From Mya arenaria (Eukaryota): a stretch of 64,000 nucleotides of DNA. The translations under genes and the position numbers were made by a program. This document shows positions 12,195 to 22,557 of this stretch, piece by piece; positions within the stretch are counted from its first letter, which is position 1, and the number at the start of each line of letters is the position of its first letter. Where the stretch lies: positions 48,673,355-48,737,354 of the forward strand of contig NC_069133.1 of assembly GCF_026914265.1 (NCBI RefSeq), in the 5' to 3' direction. The notes under the pieces were generated by a model, which was not told where the DNA came from, did not search any database, and saw only the letters and a program-made list of their open reading frames with translations.

Positions 12195-13040
12195 TTCTCC
12201 GACTATAAGGCGCTCCGCTTAAAAGACAACCCCCTAACTTTGACCATGAAATCTAGTGTTTTTGTCTAGACTTGTTTATAACACGGGGTTGATTTTTAAA
12301 CCAAATCCAGCACTTGAATTTCTCCAAGTCTGTGATAATGTTCAAGCTAAACAGTCAATTATCAACTAAGTTTGTTCATTTGCTTGTAAGAAAATCACTG
12401 ATTTAATGTCAACTGTGAACTCTCTAATGTGGCGGTAGTTTAATAATAGAACATGGTTACGCAGTTAAGGATTATTATAAAGCATCATTTTTTCGTACAG
12501 GTTCTCAGAGGAGGATTATTGATTATTATTTTTCCAATCGTATGCTATGTGCTAACCAGCCTAGACGCAATCTTGGGAGTAAATGGGATCATACGGCAAA
12601 GGCTGACCTATTTAGATACAAAACATTGCCATAAACCTTTGATGTTTACACAGCTCGTGCTGTGATGTCACAAACTGTACCGTTTGATCTGCAGCCGACA
12701 GACACTACACATTCTATTACATGTATTAATAAGTTAAATTTTCGCAGGTGTTTGTTTGCATTGCAGTTGATGGGACTTAAATTAGGAGAAATAAATAACC
12801 ATTGATGATTGTGGATAAATAAATCTAAATTAAACAATTGATGAAATGTGTATTGAAACATGCCAGTAAGTCTGCATGATATACGCAAACCTTATCGTAA
12901 GGAAAAAGTAAGTTTTATTTCCGACATGGAAAAAATAAAACAATGATTTTTTTTCCAAAATATTTCAATTATAAAGGCAGCAAAATCTGTCTCCTGTGAT
13001 AAACAAAGTGTTTGGACCGGTAACATGGGTTTGCTAATTA
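12195..13040 (+). repeat. Interspersed repeat of ~850 bp lying in a CDC23 intron. It has a second copy at 41860-42790.
   Basis: The two copies are collinear with roughly 75-80% identity. Shared strings include aaatccagcacttgaatttctccaagtctgtgataatg and gtttggaccggtaacatg. Confidence 0.75.
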
Positions 13041-13629
13041 GAAGATATTGAGTGTTCATCGTAGCGAATCAAAGCAGATGGTCGTCTTAATCCGATGGGT
13101 ATGATCTTGTCACTTTTATTCGGGTGTCATCAACAGACAATAAATCAGTGAAATCCCGTATGCTGAATATTACTGATTCTGACTCTTTTTTTCTGAATCT
13201 CTTACAGCCTCACCTATAAGATGGGCCCCCTACTTTTAGGTTAAAAATCGGGACCCAATTTCCCTGTCTTATAGTAGAGGGAACATGGTAGCTCAATTGA
13301 TAAGACAGCTATAATCTCATTCAAAATTTCAAGGTTGAAACCAGTTTCGGTTTCTGAGTGTCCCTGATGATGTCCCTGGCAATGATAGAATCCATAACCT
13401 GTTGGGTGAGAGAGGGAACTTGACTCAGTCATCTGATGATCTGAACAACATGTGCTGAACCAAGTTTCATGATAAATATTTTCGAACTACTTTTCATTCA
13501 CAATTTTATTATATAATGACCAAAAATGAAGTTTAAGCCTGTCACTTACAGCCACACTACTGATAAAGCTCTTCAGATTTATGACCAACCAGACATGGTT
13601 GCATTACCTTAAATCATATAACTAATTAC

Positions 13630-13711
13630 CTCATCTGGCTCCTGCTGCAGCACATCCTTAACTTGGGAAACATCGGCGAACTTGCTCAGGGAAAAGGACA
13701 GCTCTGCACAC
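13630..13711 (-). CDS. CDC23: CDC23/APC8 orthologue exon (..RCAELSFSLSKFADVSQVKDVLQQEPDE).
   Basis: Acceptor atatcag| at 13713-13712 and donor |gtaattag at 13629. The translation aligns to human CDC23 ...KWSAELAFSLPALPLAELQ... Confidence 0.6.
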
Positions 13712-13810
13712 CTGATATTCAAACAGAGAAAGCAAGACTAGAAACAATTGTCATTGAATAAGACTCTTCACTGCTACTTCATTTTAATGCAAAATTGTCT
13801 AAAAATATAC

Positions 13811-13887
13811 CGATTGGCAAAGATCAAGACTAGTCCTACTCCTAGTGGTAAGAAATGGATTAATTTTTCATATGGCAAATCCTTCAT
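13811..13887 (-). CDS. Candidate first coding exon of the CDC23-like gene (MKDLPYEKLIHFLPLGVGLVLIFANR), joined in phase to exon 2.
   Basis: ATG at 13887-13885. Donor aatcg|gtatat at 13811/13810. Length 77 nt gives phase 2, which completes CGG (R) with the first base of exon 2. Similarity to the human CDC23 N-terminus is weak (DL..EK versus DLREIKK, then LxLI..R). Confidence 0.3.
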
Positions 13888-15063
13888 ATAAAAGTGGTTT
13901 TATCGCCATAATGTGCCATTAAGTTTGACTGTGTTCTTAGCTAAAGCATTATTACGTCTATAAAAAAATCATAAAAACAAGCCATTTTTCCATTATACGT
14001 TATTTCATTTTAGTTCTGAGCATGAAAAGTCATCCATCAAGCATTATGTATTTAATAATGTGTTTAAGAGTTTGTTTTTTTCATCACCGTCATAACTATA
14101 TTTAAAAAAGAAAGGCACCTGCAGTTCACAATGCAAAAATGTTGTCTGTGTCATAAGAACCTTTTTTGACCTGAATTTGATGAATAGGGTAGTCTGTTTT
14201 ACTGTTTTATTCATTTCATTTTGAAAGGATGGATCACTGAATGCATGGAAATGCTGGAAGTAGTCCTTTCTGTCATAATAAAGTATGTTGAACCCTAATT
14301 AAGTATATCAAATGAATTGCCCGTCTGGGAAAAAGCACAATTCCCCCCAAAAAAATTCCGGGATCTGGTCATTTCGTAACCTTATCATTTCGTAACCGCT
14401 GAATCTTGGTTATTTTGTAACCATTCTGTTATTCAATTTGTAACCACCAAGAAATCAATTGGTCATATGGTAACCATCAGTTAATGAGGTGATAATGGTA
14501 CACTTAGCACCTTGTTAAGTGTATTGTTTGATACTGAATGTATATGGCACAGAAACCAAGACACCAATTGGGAGACATTACTCAAATTCTCGCCAACAAC
14601 ACGCCAATAATTTGCATTCACTCAATAGTAATTAGATATATATATATATATCATATTAAATTCGAAATTATTTGTTAAACTACAAAAATATGTTAAATTA
14701 TTTTCTTAAATTATGCTTACTATTTGTGACTGATCGCGATGTAGTTATGAATAAAATTACGTTTTCAAATGATCAAGGGTCATTTAGACCTATTTCGTTG
14801 ACTGTATTTGTTTGCCTAAAATTTTTAGTTATGATATTAACATACAATAACACTTTACAAAATCATCCATCAGCACATTTAATATACAAATAGCATATAA
14901 AAATCGCATACTCTCATTCGGAAAACTCTCAACATTTTACAATACTTCTATGCAATTTAAAAACATGGCATCATTGATTAAAGCGTGGGTGCTATGAACT
15001 ATAATACACAACCTAAATAAAAATCTAAAGTTATATGGTCAATAAATTTAAAAATAAAAGCTT

Positions 15064-15250
15064 AAAGCTGCACTCTCACAGATTGAACGTTTTGACAACT
15101 TTTTTATTTTTGTCTTGGAAAGAGCTATTTTAGCGAAATTCCATGGAAACCAGTTGTATAAATGTGCTGACAAAAATTACATCGCAGATTTTCATATTTA
15201 AGTTAATAAATTGGCGTTTCATGCATTTTTTTTAAGCCGTTAGATTTATT
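15064..15250. mobile_element. Left half of a MITE of the same family as 2104-2462. It is separated from its right half (19800-19987) by the inserted LINE.
   Basis: aaagctgcactctcacagattgaacgttttgacaactttttt... matches 2104-2290, and the right half at 19800-19987 matches 2280-2462. Confidence 0.7.
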
Positions 15251-15691
15251 CGTGCATATATATGTCATTGTAACAAACCAAATATCTCATAAAGTTATAA
15301 CACAGACTGAATAACAAAGTATTAGTGATGATATCTATACTAAAGCACAACATCATTAGAATGCTTTGGATACATACGTGCGTTAACAAAGATTTAATTC
15401 AATGTGACAAATATATAACACAGGATAACCCATTAAAGTTATTCAACTTATTTCCAATGGGGTCCTTATGACAAATATAATTATTTGCCAAGATCTCAGT
15501 TATAAGCTGTTTAAATTAGGTTTACTTATACAAAAATAACATGCATGTACTCTTGACCAGTTAAAGAATGATTAAATGTTTGATATCGAACTTTTACAGT
15601 TATAATGCAACCGACTGTTAAAACCATATGACACTTTAGCATAATATGACAAAAATCTTTGGACTGATATGCAAGATTAAATGAATAACAA

Positions 15692-17341
15692 TTAATAAAA
15701 AAGGAAATCTTCCATTTCTGCACATTTCATACCAACAATGAGATGTGATTTCACTTCTTTTTTAAAAGTATTCTTATTTTTCAATTCTTTTAACTTTATT
15801 GGAAGACTGTTCCAGTCCTGGATTGCTTGATAAAAGAAAGTATTTAATATAAAACTGTCAGCCTGTGGCACTTTAAAATTTCCAGCACTATGTCTACTGT
15901 TGTAAGAATGTGTGGATGAGACTAAAGTAAAATGTTCATGTAAGTGTGATGGGCATTTGCTATTAAAGATTGTATGTACATGGTTTAGTCGTAGTTGCTT
16001 TATCCTATTTTCTATATTAAGCCATCCAATATCACTGAAAGCCGAGACTTTCAGGGAAGTTCTACAATCATAGCCATAAATAAATCTGACAACTTTGTTC
16101 TGAGTGACCTGTAATCTGTTCTTGAATTGTTTACATATACCACTGTACCAAGATGTCGATGCATAGTCAAAATGGCATTGTATTAAGGAGTTACATAACA
16201 ATCTTCTTAGATTCATATCTAAAAAACGATTTTGTCTATATAAAAATTTTAGCCTAGAATTAACTTTACTGACAATATTGTTAACAATAGATGCAGCACT
16301 GAGATCATTGTCCAGTATATTTCCAAGATATTTAACAGATTGTTTAGGTTTTATGATATGGCCATTGCAGTTTACATTAAAGCTATCAACTTTTGTTAGT
16401 TTTCTTTTAGACCCAAATAAAATACATTCTGTTTTTCCAAGATGCAAAGACAGTTTGTTGTCAACTAACCACTTACTACAGTTTTCAAGTTCCTTGCCGA
16501 GTACATTACTAATAACAGACGGATCTTTGTGTGAGAAAAGGATAGCACTATCATCTGCATATAATATTAATTTACATTTTTCACTTATGCTTATACTCAT
16601 ATCATTGACATAGCATAAAAACAGCAACGGTCCAAGTATGCTTCCTTGAGGAACGCCACAAGAGATGTTCATGAATTCAGACGTTGTATTATTTACATTG
16701 ACAACTTGTTTACGTCCAGATAAATATGATTGAAACCAATCAATTGAATCCACACCAATTTCTTTTAACTTCTGACATAGAATTTTGTGATCTACGGTAT
16801 CAAACGCCTTTTGAAGATCCAGCATAATCATTCCTGTATATAGACCTTTGGAATTTTGTTCTTTTATATGGTCGGTCAAATGAATTAGGCAGGAGTCAGT
16901 TGAATAGTTACATCTAAAACCACTCTGAAGTTCGTATAATAATCCATGTTTAACAAGAAAAGATTCTAGTTGGTTGTATACAACTCTTTCTAAGATTTTT
17001 GAAACTATACATAGTATGCTTACAGGTCGATAGTTTGAAACATCAGATCTGTTGTTTTTCTTAAACAATGGTTTAACTTTAGCATTTTTGAGTTCAGATG
17101 GTACAATGTTACTTGTGATAGAACTGTTTATCAGAAATGTTACTGGTATCTTTAAAAATGGTGCAGCATCTTTTAAAAATCTTGCAGGAATGTTATCTAA
17201 CCCTGTGCTTTTTGAACAATTTAGTTTACATAGTTCCTTGTAAATGTATTCTTCACTAACAGTGTGAAGTTTAAATTTAACAGAGTCAGGATTTCTATCT
17301 TTATAAAATCGTTTAAAACAGTCAGACTCATAGTTAAACAA
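15692..17341 (-). CDS. LINE reverse transcriptase domain, carrying on from the endonuclease ORF after a frame disruption.
   Basis: 549 aa with RT motifs: RPVSILCIVSKILERVV, GFRCNYSTDSCL, MIMLDLQKAFDTVDH, and YADD in LILYADDSAILF. The C-terminal segment is Cys/His-rich. Confidence 0.85.
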   Translation of the reverse strand: MFNYESDCFKRFYKDRNPDSVKFKLHTVSEEYIYKELCKLNCSKSTGLDNIPARFLKDAAPFLKIPVTFLINSSITSNIVPSELKNAKVKPLFKKNNRSDVSNYRPVSILCIVSKILERVVYNQLESFLVKHGLLYELQSGFRCNYSTDSCLIHLTDHIKEQNSKGLYTGMIMLDLQKAFDTVDHKILCQKLKEIGVDSIDWFQSYLSGRKQVVNVNNTTSEFMNISCGVPQGSILGPLLFLCYVNDMSISISEKCKLILYADDSAILFSHKDPSVISNVLGKELENCSKWLVDNKLSLHLGKTECILFGSKRKLTKVDSFNVNCNGHIIKPKQSVKYLGNILDNDLSAASIVNNIVSKVNSRLKFLYRQNRFLDMNLRRLLCNSLIQCHFDYASTSWYSGICKQFKNRLQVTQNKVVRFIYGYDCRTSLKVSAFSDIGWLNIENRIKQLRLNHVHTIFNSKCPSHLHEHFTLVSSTHSYNSRHSAGNFKVPQADSFILNTFFYQAIQDWNSLPIKLKELKNKNTFKKEVKSHLIVGMKCAEMEDFLFY

Positions 17342-19133
17342 AGGGCAAAGGTAGTTTTTTTACTAAAGTTGAGGCTACAGTAGTAAAAAAAGTATTAAAG
17401 TGATTTGCAATCTTACATGGTTCAAAACAATTTTCATCATCAATGTTCAAAACAATATTTGGAGAAGATTTACTTTTACTACTATATCCAAGATTTTTTA
17501 AATCTGACCACAGCTTTTTTGGATCATTTTTATTTTCTTCCAGCTTGTTCGACATATATTCCGATTTGGCCTTAATAACTTCTTTCTGAACAAGGTTTCT
17601 GTAAAAACGATATTTATCTAACATCTCCTTCTGTTTGTATATTTTGAATTTGAAATAAAAAGCATCTCTTTGACTGATGAGTTCCAGAATGTTAGAATCT
17701 AACCATGGTTCACTTCTTTGTTTTAGTCTGACTTCCTTAACAGGAGCAACAGTGTTCAAAACTGACAGAAATGTTTCTTTAAAAGACAGCCATGAATCTT
17801 CTACAGTTTTTGCAATAAACATGTTTGACCAATCGCAAAGTTTAAGTTTGTGAATAAAATGATCTACATTGTAATGTTTCAAAGACCTTACAACAACATT
17901 CTTATGCATATTATACGTCCCTTTCTGTGTTTTACGCGTACAAAATACAGGCAAATGATCACTGAGACCTATCGGAAGAGTACCAGACTGAACAATCTTG
18001 TTTTGATGGCTACATAAAATGTGATCTAACACAGAAGAGGAGGACTCTGAGATTCTGGTAGGGTCATTTATGATCTGTTTTAGATTAAAGATATTAAGAA
18101 CTTGTTCAAACCTTTTAAAAAGAGCTGATTTCTTTGCAAAAAAACAAATGTTAAAATCACCAAGGATGTACCATTCTGTGTCAGATCTAACCATAGATAA
18201 AACATTTTCAAAAATATCAACAAAATCTGTTTGTTTAGGTGGTCTATAACATGACCCTATTAAAATAGGTTTGGTTTTTGGTAATAAAATATCAGCCCAC
18301 ACTGCTTCAAGATTGTCATTTTCTAGGTCCCGTCTTTCGGTGAACGCCAGATCTTCATTAACGTATAAGCATACTCCACCACCTTGTCTGTTCCGGTCCT
18401 TTCTGATCACATTGTATCCTTGAATTTGTATTTCCGAGTCCATAACTGAATTGTCCAGCCAGGTCTCTGAAAACGCTATGGCTGCAAATCTATATTTTGA
18501 CATTAAATGTCTCACTTCGGGCAACTTTGGTAATAGAGATCGTATGTTGAAATGAATAAAATGAAGTCCTTTAAGTTCAAAGCAGTTAAAATTACTACAA
18601 GATTCAGCAAAACTATTGTCATGTAAATCTGGCAGAATTCTATCATGAATATCGTTTAAATCATCACAAAGATAAAAAGATAATAATTTAAAAGTACATA
18701 TCCGACAAGTGAAATAGAAAGATCCATTAGATTTGCATACGTTTGAGTAAAAAGAATCACTTATATAACCTGAGCATCTTATATGTGTCCGGATTTCACA
18801 AAAATCACAGTTGACAGCTTTACTACGGGCAGTTACACCTTTTCCACAAACCGAACAAGGAAATTTAGGTTGTCTCCCTTTTTTCATATTTGAAAATCCC
18901 GAATTATCAGCATACTTGTCCTGTTCAATAGGTCCAGGGTGAGGGTGCACGTCACCACTTAGTAGAAGGAACACGAAAAATATATATCTTGGATTAACCT
19001 TGGCATAATACTTCTGAAGGTTTTTAATAGTTCTCATGGAGGATACAAAATGGCTGGGTGCCACTTCAACCACTGGGGGCGAAAGGTACGAAAGAATTTC
19101 AAACGTGAAAATACTTTTTTTTTGTAGAGTCAA
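17334..19133 (-). CDS. LINE ORF2 N-terminal part. It has a 2A-like motif, a PHD-like zinc finger (CSVCGKG...CDFCEIRTHIRC) and an apurinic/apyrimidinic-type endonuclease domain.
   Basis: 599 aa. EEP/APE hallmarks are present: ...NIRSLLPKL..., GDFNICFF, LSDHLPV. A Cys/His cluster lies upstream of them. Confidence 0.8.
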   Translation of the reverse strand: MTLQKKSIFTFEILSYLSPPVVEVAPSHFVSSMRTIKNLQKYYAKVNPRYIFFVFLLLSGDVHPHPGPIEQDKYADNSGFSNMKKGRQPKFPCSVCGKGVTARSKAVNCDFCEIRTHIRCSGYISDSFYSNVCKSNGSFYFTCRICTFKLLSFYLCDDLNDIHDRILPDLHDNSFAESCSNFNCFELKGLHFIHFNIRSLLPKLPEVRHLMSKYRFAAIAFSETWLDNSVMDSEIQIQGYNVIRKDRNRQGGGVCLYVNEDLAFTERRDLENDNLEAVWADILLPKTKPILIGSCYRPPKQTDFVDIFENVLSMVRSDTEWYILGDFNICFFAKKSALFKRFEQVLNIFNLKQIINDPTRISESSSSVLDHILCSHQNKIVQSGTLPIGLSDHLPVFCTRKTQKGTYNMHKNVVVRSLKHYNVDHFIHKLKLCDWSNMFIAKTVEDSWLSFKETFLSVLNTVAPVKEVRLKQRSEPWLDSNILELISQRDAFYFKFKIYKQKEMLDKYRFYRNLVQKEVIKAKSEYMSNKLEENKNDPKKLWSDLKNLGYSSKSKSSPNIVLNIDDENCFEPCKIANHFNTFFTTVASTLVKKLPLPFV

Positions 19134-19799
19134 AACAGTTGAAAAGTGTTTTTTCGCCTGGAGAATATTTATGTTTTGTTTTAGGCTGGTTGGTATCGTT
19201 GTATTCCACTGCCTTTAAATATATTTGAAGAAGTATACAGGCGACTAATATTCCACGAAAAGCCACCATCTTGAACGACTAGACTGTTATCTCCTGTATT
19301 AAAACGAAATTAAATGTCTCACCAGTACGTACAGAAGAAAAAGTGACTCTCCACATATGTTGAAAAAATAATTTACTCTTCCTTTTTACTAAGCTTGTAA
19401 GTCCCTCTTCGGTTATTTCTACGCCGGGATCCGAACACTATCAAGCGTTTACGTTATATCTCCTGTGGAATTGTTGTTCGATTTTGTTGAATTTGTCATA
19501 AACGGTATGGTTGTTGGCAAAATGATTGTTCACTGTTGATTTCCCATCTTTTAAGTTAAAGTTCCGTCTTTTTCCTCTTTGTAACTCGATTTTTTTGCGC
19601 CGACGTCAAAGCAAATTTGAAGTTTTCCAAAGTTCACACAAACCATCTTGATGAAAATTGTACCATAAGACGTGAATTTTAATTTGACATCGTTTGATAA
19701 TATTTTTTTAAATATTGCTTAAGAAATAATGTTAAAATAATTTATTTTTGTTAAAATATATAAGAGCGTCATTTTTTACAACTTGTTATGATGACGTCA

Positions 19800-19987
19800 T
19801 TTCCGCATGACGTTAGTAACGGTTTAAGCCATAACACATTTATTTTCCAATGGAAATATGAAAATCTGGGATCTGGTCTATTGGTTTGCAGATATTTACG
19901 CAAAAATTTGCTCTTTCCAAGACAAAAAATAAAATAGTTGTAAAAATGGTAAATCAGTGAGGATGCATCTTTAAGGTATTTACAGCC
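19800..19987. mobile_element. Right half of the interrupted MITE. Its degenerate terminus is cagtgaggatgcatctttaag.
   Basis: gctctttccaagacaaaaaataaaatagttgtaaaa...cagtgaggatgcatctttaag versus gctcgttccaagacaaaaaataaaacgttgttaaaa...ctgtgagagtgcagctttaag in the intact copy. Confidence 0.65.
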
Positions 19988-20963
19988 TTACTGCAATTGG
20001 ATTCAACTAAATGAACAATGTGAATCCGATGCTATAAACAGAATCCATAGACGTCATCATGGTCATGTGATTGCATTGCATCATCACACTCAATTGATTC
20101 TGGTTGACTTTACTATGGGGGTTACGCCATAACTTTAATGTGTTGTAAACATCAAAAAAATAAATATCAACATTAAAGTTATGGAAGCCAGAACTAGTTT
20201 GATACTTACAGTAAGGTTATACATATTTTTGTAAACTCAAATGGTAAATTATTTCCTCATATATGAGCCGACAGTTACGATATGACCATTCAATTTCTTA
20301 ACACGACATACATTGTACCTCGACTAAATAACAATGCGATATAAATTCAAAATTCCCATCCAAACAGATTAGGTCTGATTCGCCTTCATGCGAAAAACAA
20401 CTTGCAACCTGACTTACTATTATAAATTATTTGAAACTTAAAAGTAAATAACGACTTTTTGCAACAAAATTTACTTGCAGGAAAGGTACAAGTATTACTG
20501 AAATACCATTTGTCCGAAATGTTTGTCCGAACTATAATATAATATTGTAAACAAGTAACGAAATTAGGCCCAAAAAAGCACAAATGGAAACACATGTTGG
20601 ACTTCACCATTTAGCACTTTGCAAAAGACGTCTGCTTGATAATTCTCTACTAGCAACGACTAGTTCCTGCTTAATTTTGGTCAAATCCCAGTTTCGCGCA
20701 TCTACCATCCTGAGTGTTGCTTATTTTACGAACTAAATATATTTAACAAATCGATCGGTTACAAACAACCAAAATAGATTATCGATCATTAAACCACACA
20801 TCGGCTACTTCCCTTTTTAGCGTGAAAGCTGGGCCAAGTTTTATGCAACGGATAAATACCGAGTAAAGGACTTTGAACCCGATTGATGAGACATGTATTA
20901 ACTCAACCTTGCACTTTGTCTGTTCACAGTCATCGAAGTTTGGAGTTACTCCAGTGATCACCT

Positions 20964-22440
20964 TTGACTAGCCATTATTCCAGAAGGCCACTAACATTGT
21001 TGCATATTGCACAAGCACAGATCCCTTGGAAGAAAATAATTCTCAGATTGGGTGTTTTTCATACTGAGATGAGTTTTTTAGGGAGCACTGGGCATATTTT
21101 GTCTGGTTCAGGATTGCAAGAGGCTATCGAAACAATGTATGCACCAAACGCAGTATCGTATATGATGAACGGCAAATCTATTTCCCGTGCGTTAAGGGGA
21201 CATTTCTTGTTAGATACAGCTCTACATGCTATGCTGATATAAAAAACCTTGAATATTTACATGCCTGTTATGGAAGAGGGAATTGATTCGCAGACAGATC
21301 AAGTAGAAAATAAAACAGATGCAGACGCAGATTTTAAAGATTTAGTATGTGCCAACGAAAGAGTCTTACATGGACAATTATCAGAACTGTATGAAAAAAG
21401 AGATCAGTAGCAGTTACGTAGCACAGAGTGACACTTTGCAAATAGAAGCTGCTGAACTCAAATTAGAAATACTGAGACTTGCCCAGAAAAGAACTGCATT
21501 ACTTTGGTTCTAGTATATGTAGATGATATCCATACTCCATCAATTTATTAGGGCTGAACGTGTTGGTGACTGGAATGGACATCTTAATGCTCTGAGAAAA
21601 ATGCTGCCATATTTTGCTGCTTCAGGACACAACCTTTATTTAAAGTCACCTTACATCTACCTACAAACTATGTTTAAGTTGTAGCAAGGTCACCCTGATG
21701 TTCACAAGCAGTTTATGATGGGGAACCACAATAGAAGATAGGTATTATGAAGATGTGTCTGGATTATTCCAATACGAACTTTCTAGTGTGCCCCTTCCCA
21801 ATTTGACAACACCCGTCTGCCACGATTAGCACAGAAGTCGATGCTAGCAGTCTGCATTGAAAGAATTGGTTATAAATGCAGACTTGCAGGAAGTTGGGAA
21901 ACAGTTCATCGCGTGTCAATCTGACAAAGATGTAGGACAACTAGGTTAAAGAGCCATCGTCATGTTATTAGAGGGAGACCCATGTCTGTCTCTAGATACA
22001 CTTCGATATCAAAAATTTACAATGAAGGTGCTGACAGGAAAGTCATTTGTGAAAGTTCTTACATTACACCCAACATCAGACGCTGCATTCTTCCATAGTC
22101 AACGAGTCTATTTTCAGACACAGATATAGATTGGAAATGCAATGCCAAAACCTGAAGAATGGGGATGGGATTTGACCGGGAACAACTACACACCCGTGAA
22201 ATGTGCTCTGCCTCCTGCACCTGCCAATCTGCTAAATGTAATTCGTTGCAATTGTAAAAGTAATTGCGATAACAAAAAAGTACTTGCAGGAAACATGGCA
22301 TGGAATGTTCTCTAAGTTGTGGATCAGGTCGTGGTGTTGGATGATCCAATTCTCCAAACTCTAGCTGAATTAGATGTTGATGGATGTGTTTGAACCAATT
22401 TTTGTAATGTCGTATCAAACCGCGACAGAATACTCCTATC
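20964..22440 (+). pseudogene. Decayed ORF derived from a transposon or repeat, with frameshifts and stops. It has a Cys-rich C-terminal segment.
   Basis: ORF 20964-21242 (..HFLLDTALHAMLI) is followed by broken frames reading ...YVDDIHTPS..., ...RAERVGDWNGHLNALRKMLPYFAASGHNLYLKSPYIYLQTMFKL... and ...CALPPAPANLLNVIRCNCKSNCDNKK.... These resemble repetitive uncharacterised ORFs of invertebrate genomes. The exact family was not identified. Confidence 0.4.
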
Positions 22441-22484
22441 GCATAATTGAAGATTTTTTTGATTTTTTGTTATGATTGCAAATA

Positions 22485-22486
<2 letters not shown>

Positions 22487-22553
<67 letters not shown>
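22487..22553. repeat. (AT)n/(TA)n dinucleotide microsatellite of ~67 bp.
   Basis: Uninterrupted tatatata... run. Confidence 0.95.

Positions 22554-22557
<4 letters not shown>

Larger units (their letters stand above)
15250..19800 (-). mobile_element. Non-LTR retrotransposon (LINE) of ~4.5 kb inserted inside the MITE. It is non-functional: a frameshift or stop separates the endonuclease half from the RT half.
   Basis: It contains ORF 17334-19133(-) and ORF 15692-17341(-) in different frames. The element boundaries are approximate. Confidence 0.8.

Noticed and set aside
16278-16613. 111-aa plus-strand ORF inside the LINE RT region.
   Set aside because: It is antisense to a well-supported RT ORF and has no motifs.
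20687-20700. TTTCGCGC (E2F-consensus) site considered as a cell-cycle promoter element for CDC23.
   Set aside because: It lies ~7 kb from the nearest supported exon, beyond the LINE/MITE insertion. A single 8-mer occurrence is not evidence.
20779-20961. Minus-strand ORF (MITGVTPNFDDCEQTKCK...) considered as the first CDC23 exon (NFDDCEQTK versus DFSDLREIK).
   Set aside because: The similarity is marginal. It would leave the intervening RGL..SKW segment unaccounted for, and it would require a ~7-kb first intron. The 13811-13887 candidate is phase-consistent and closer.
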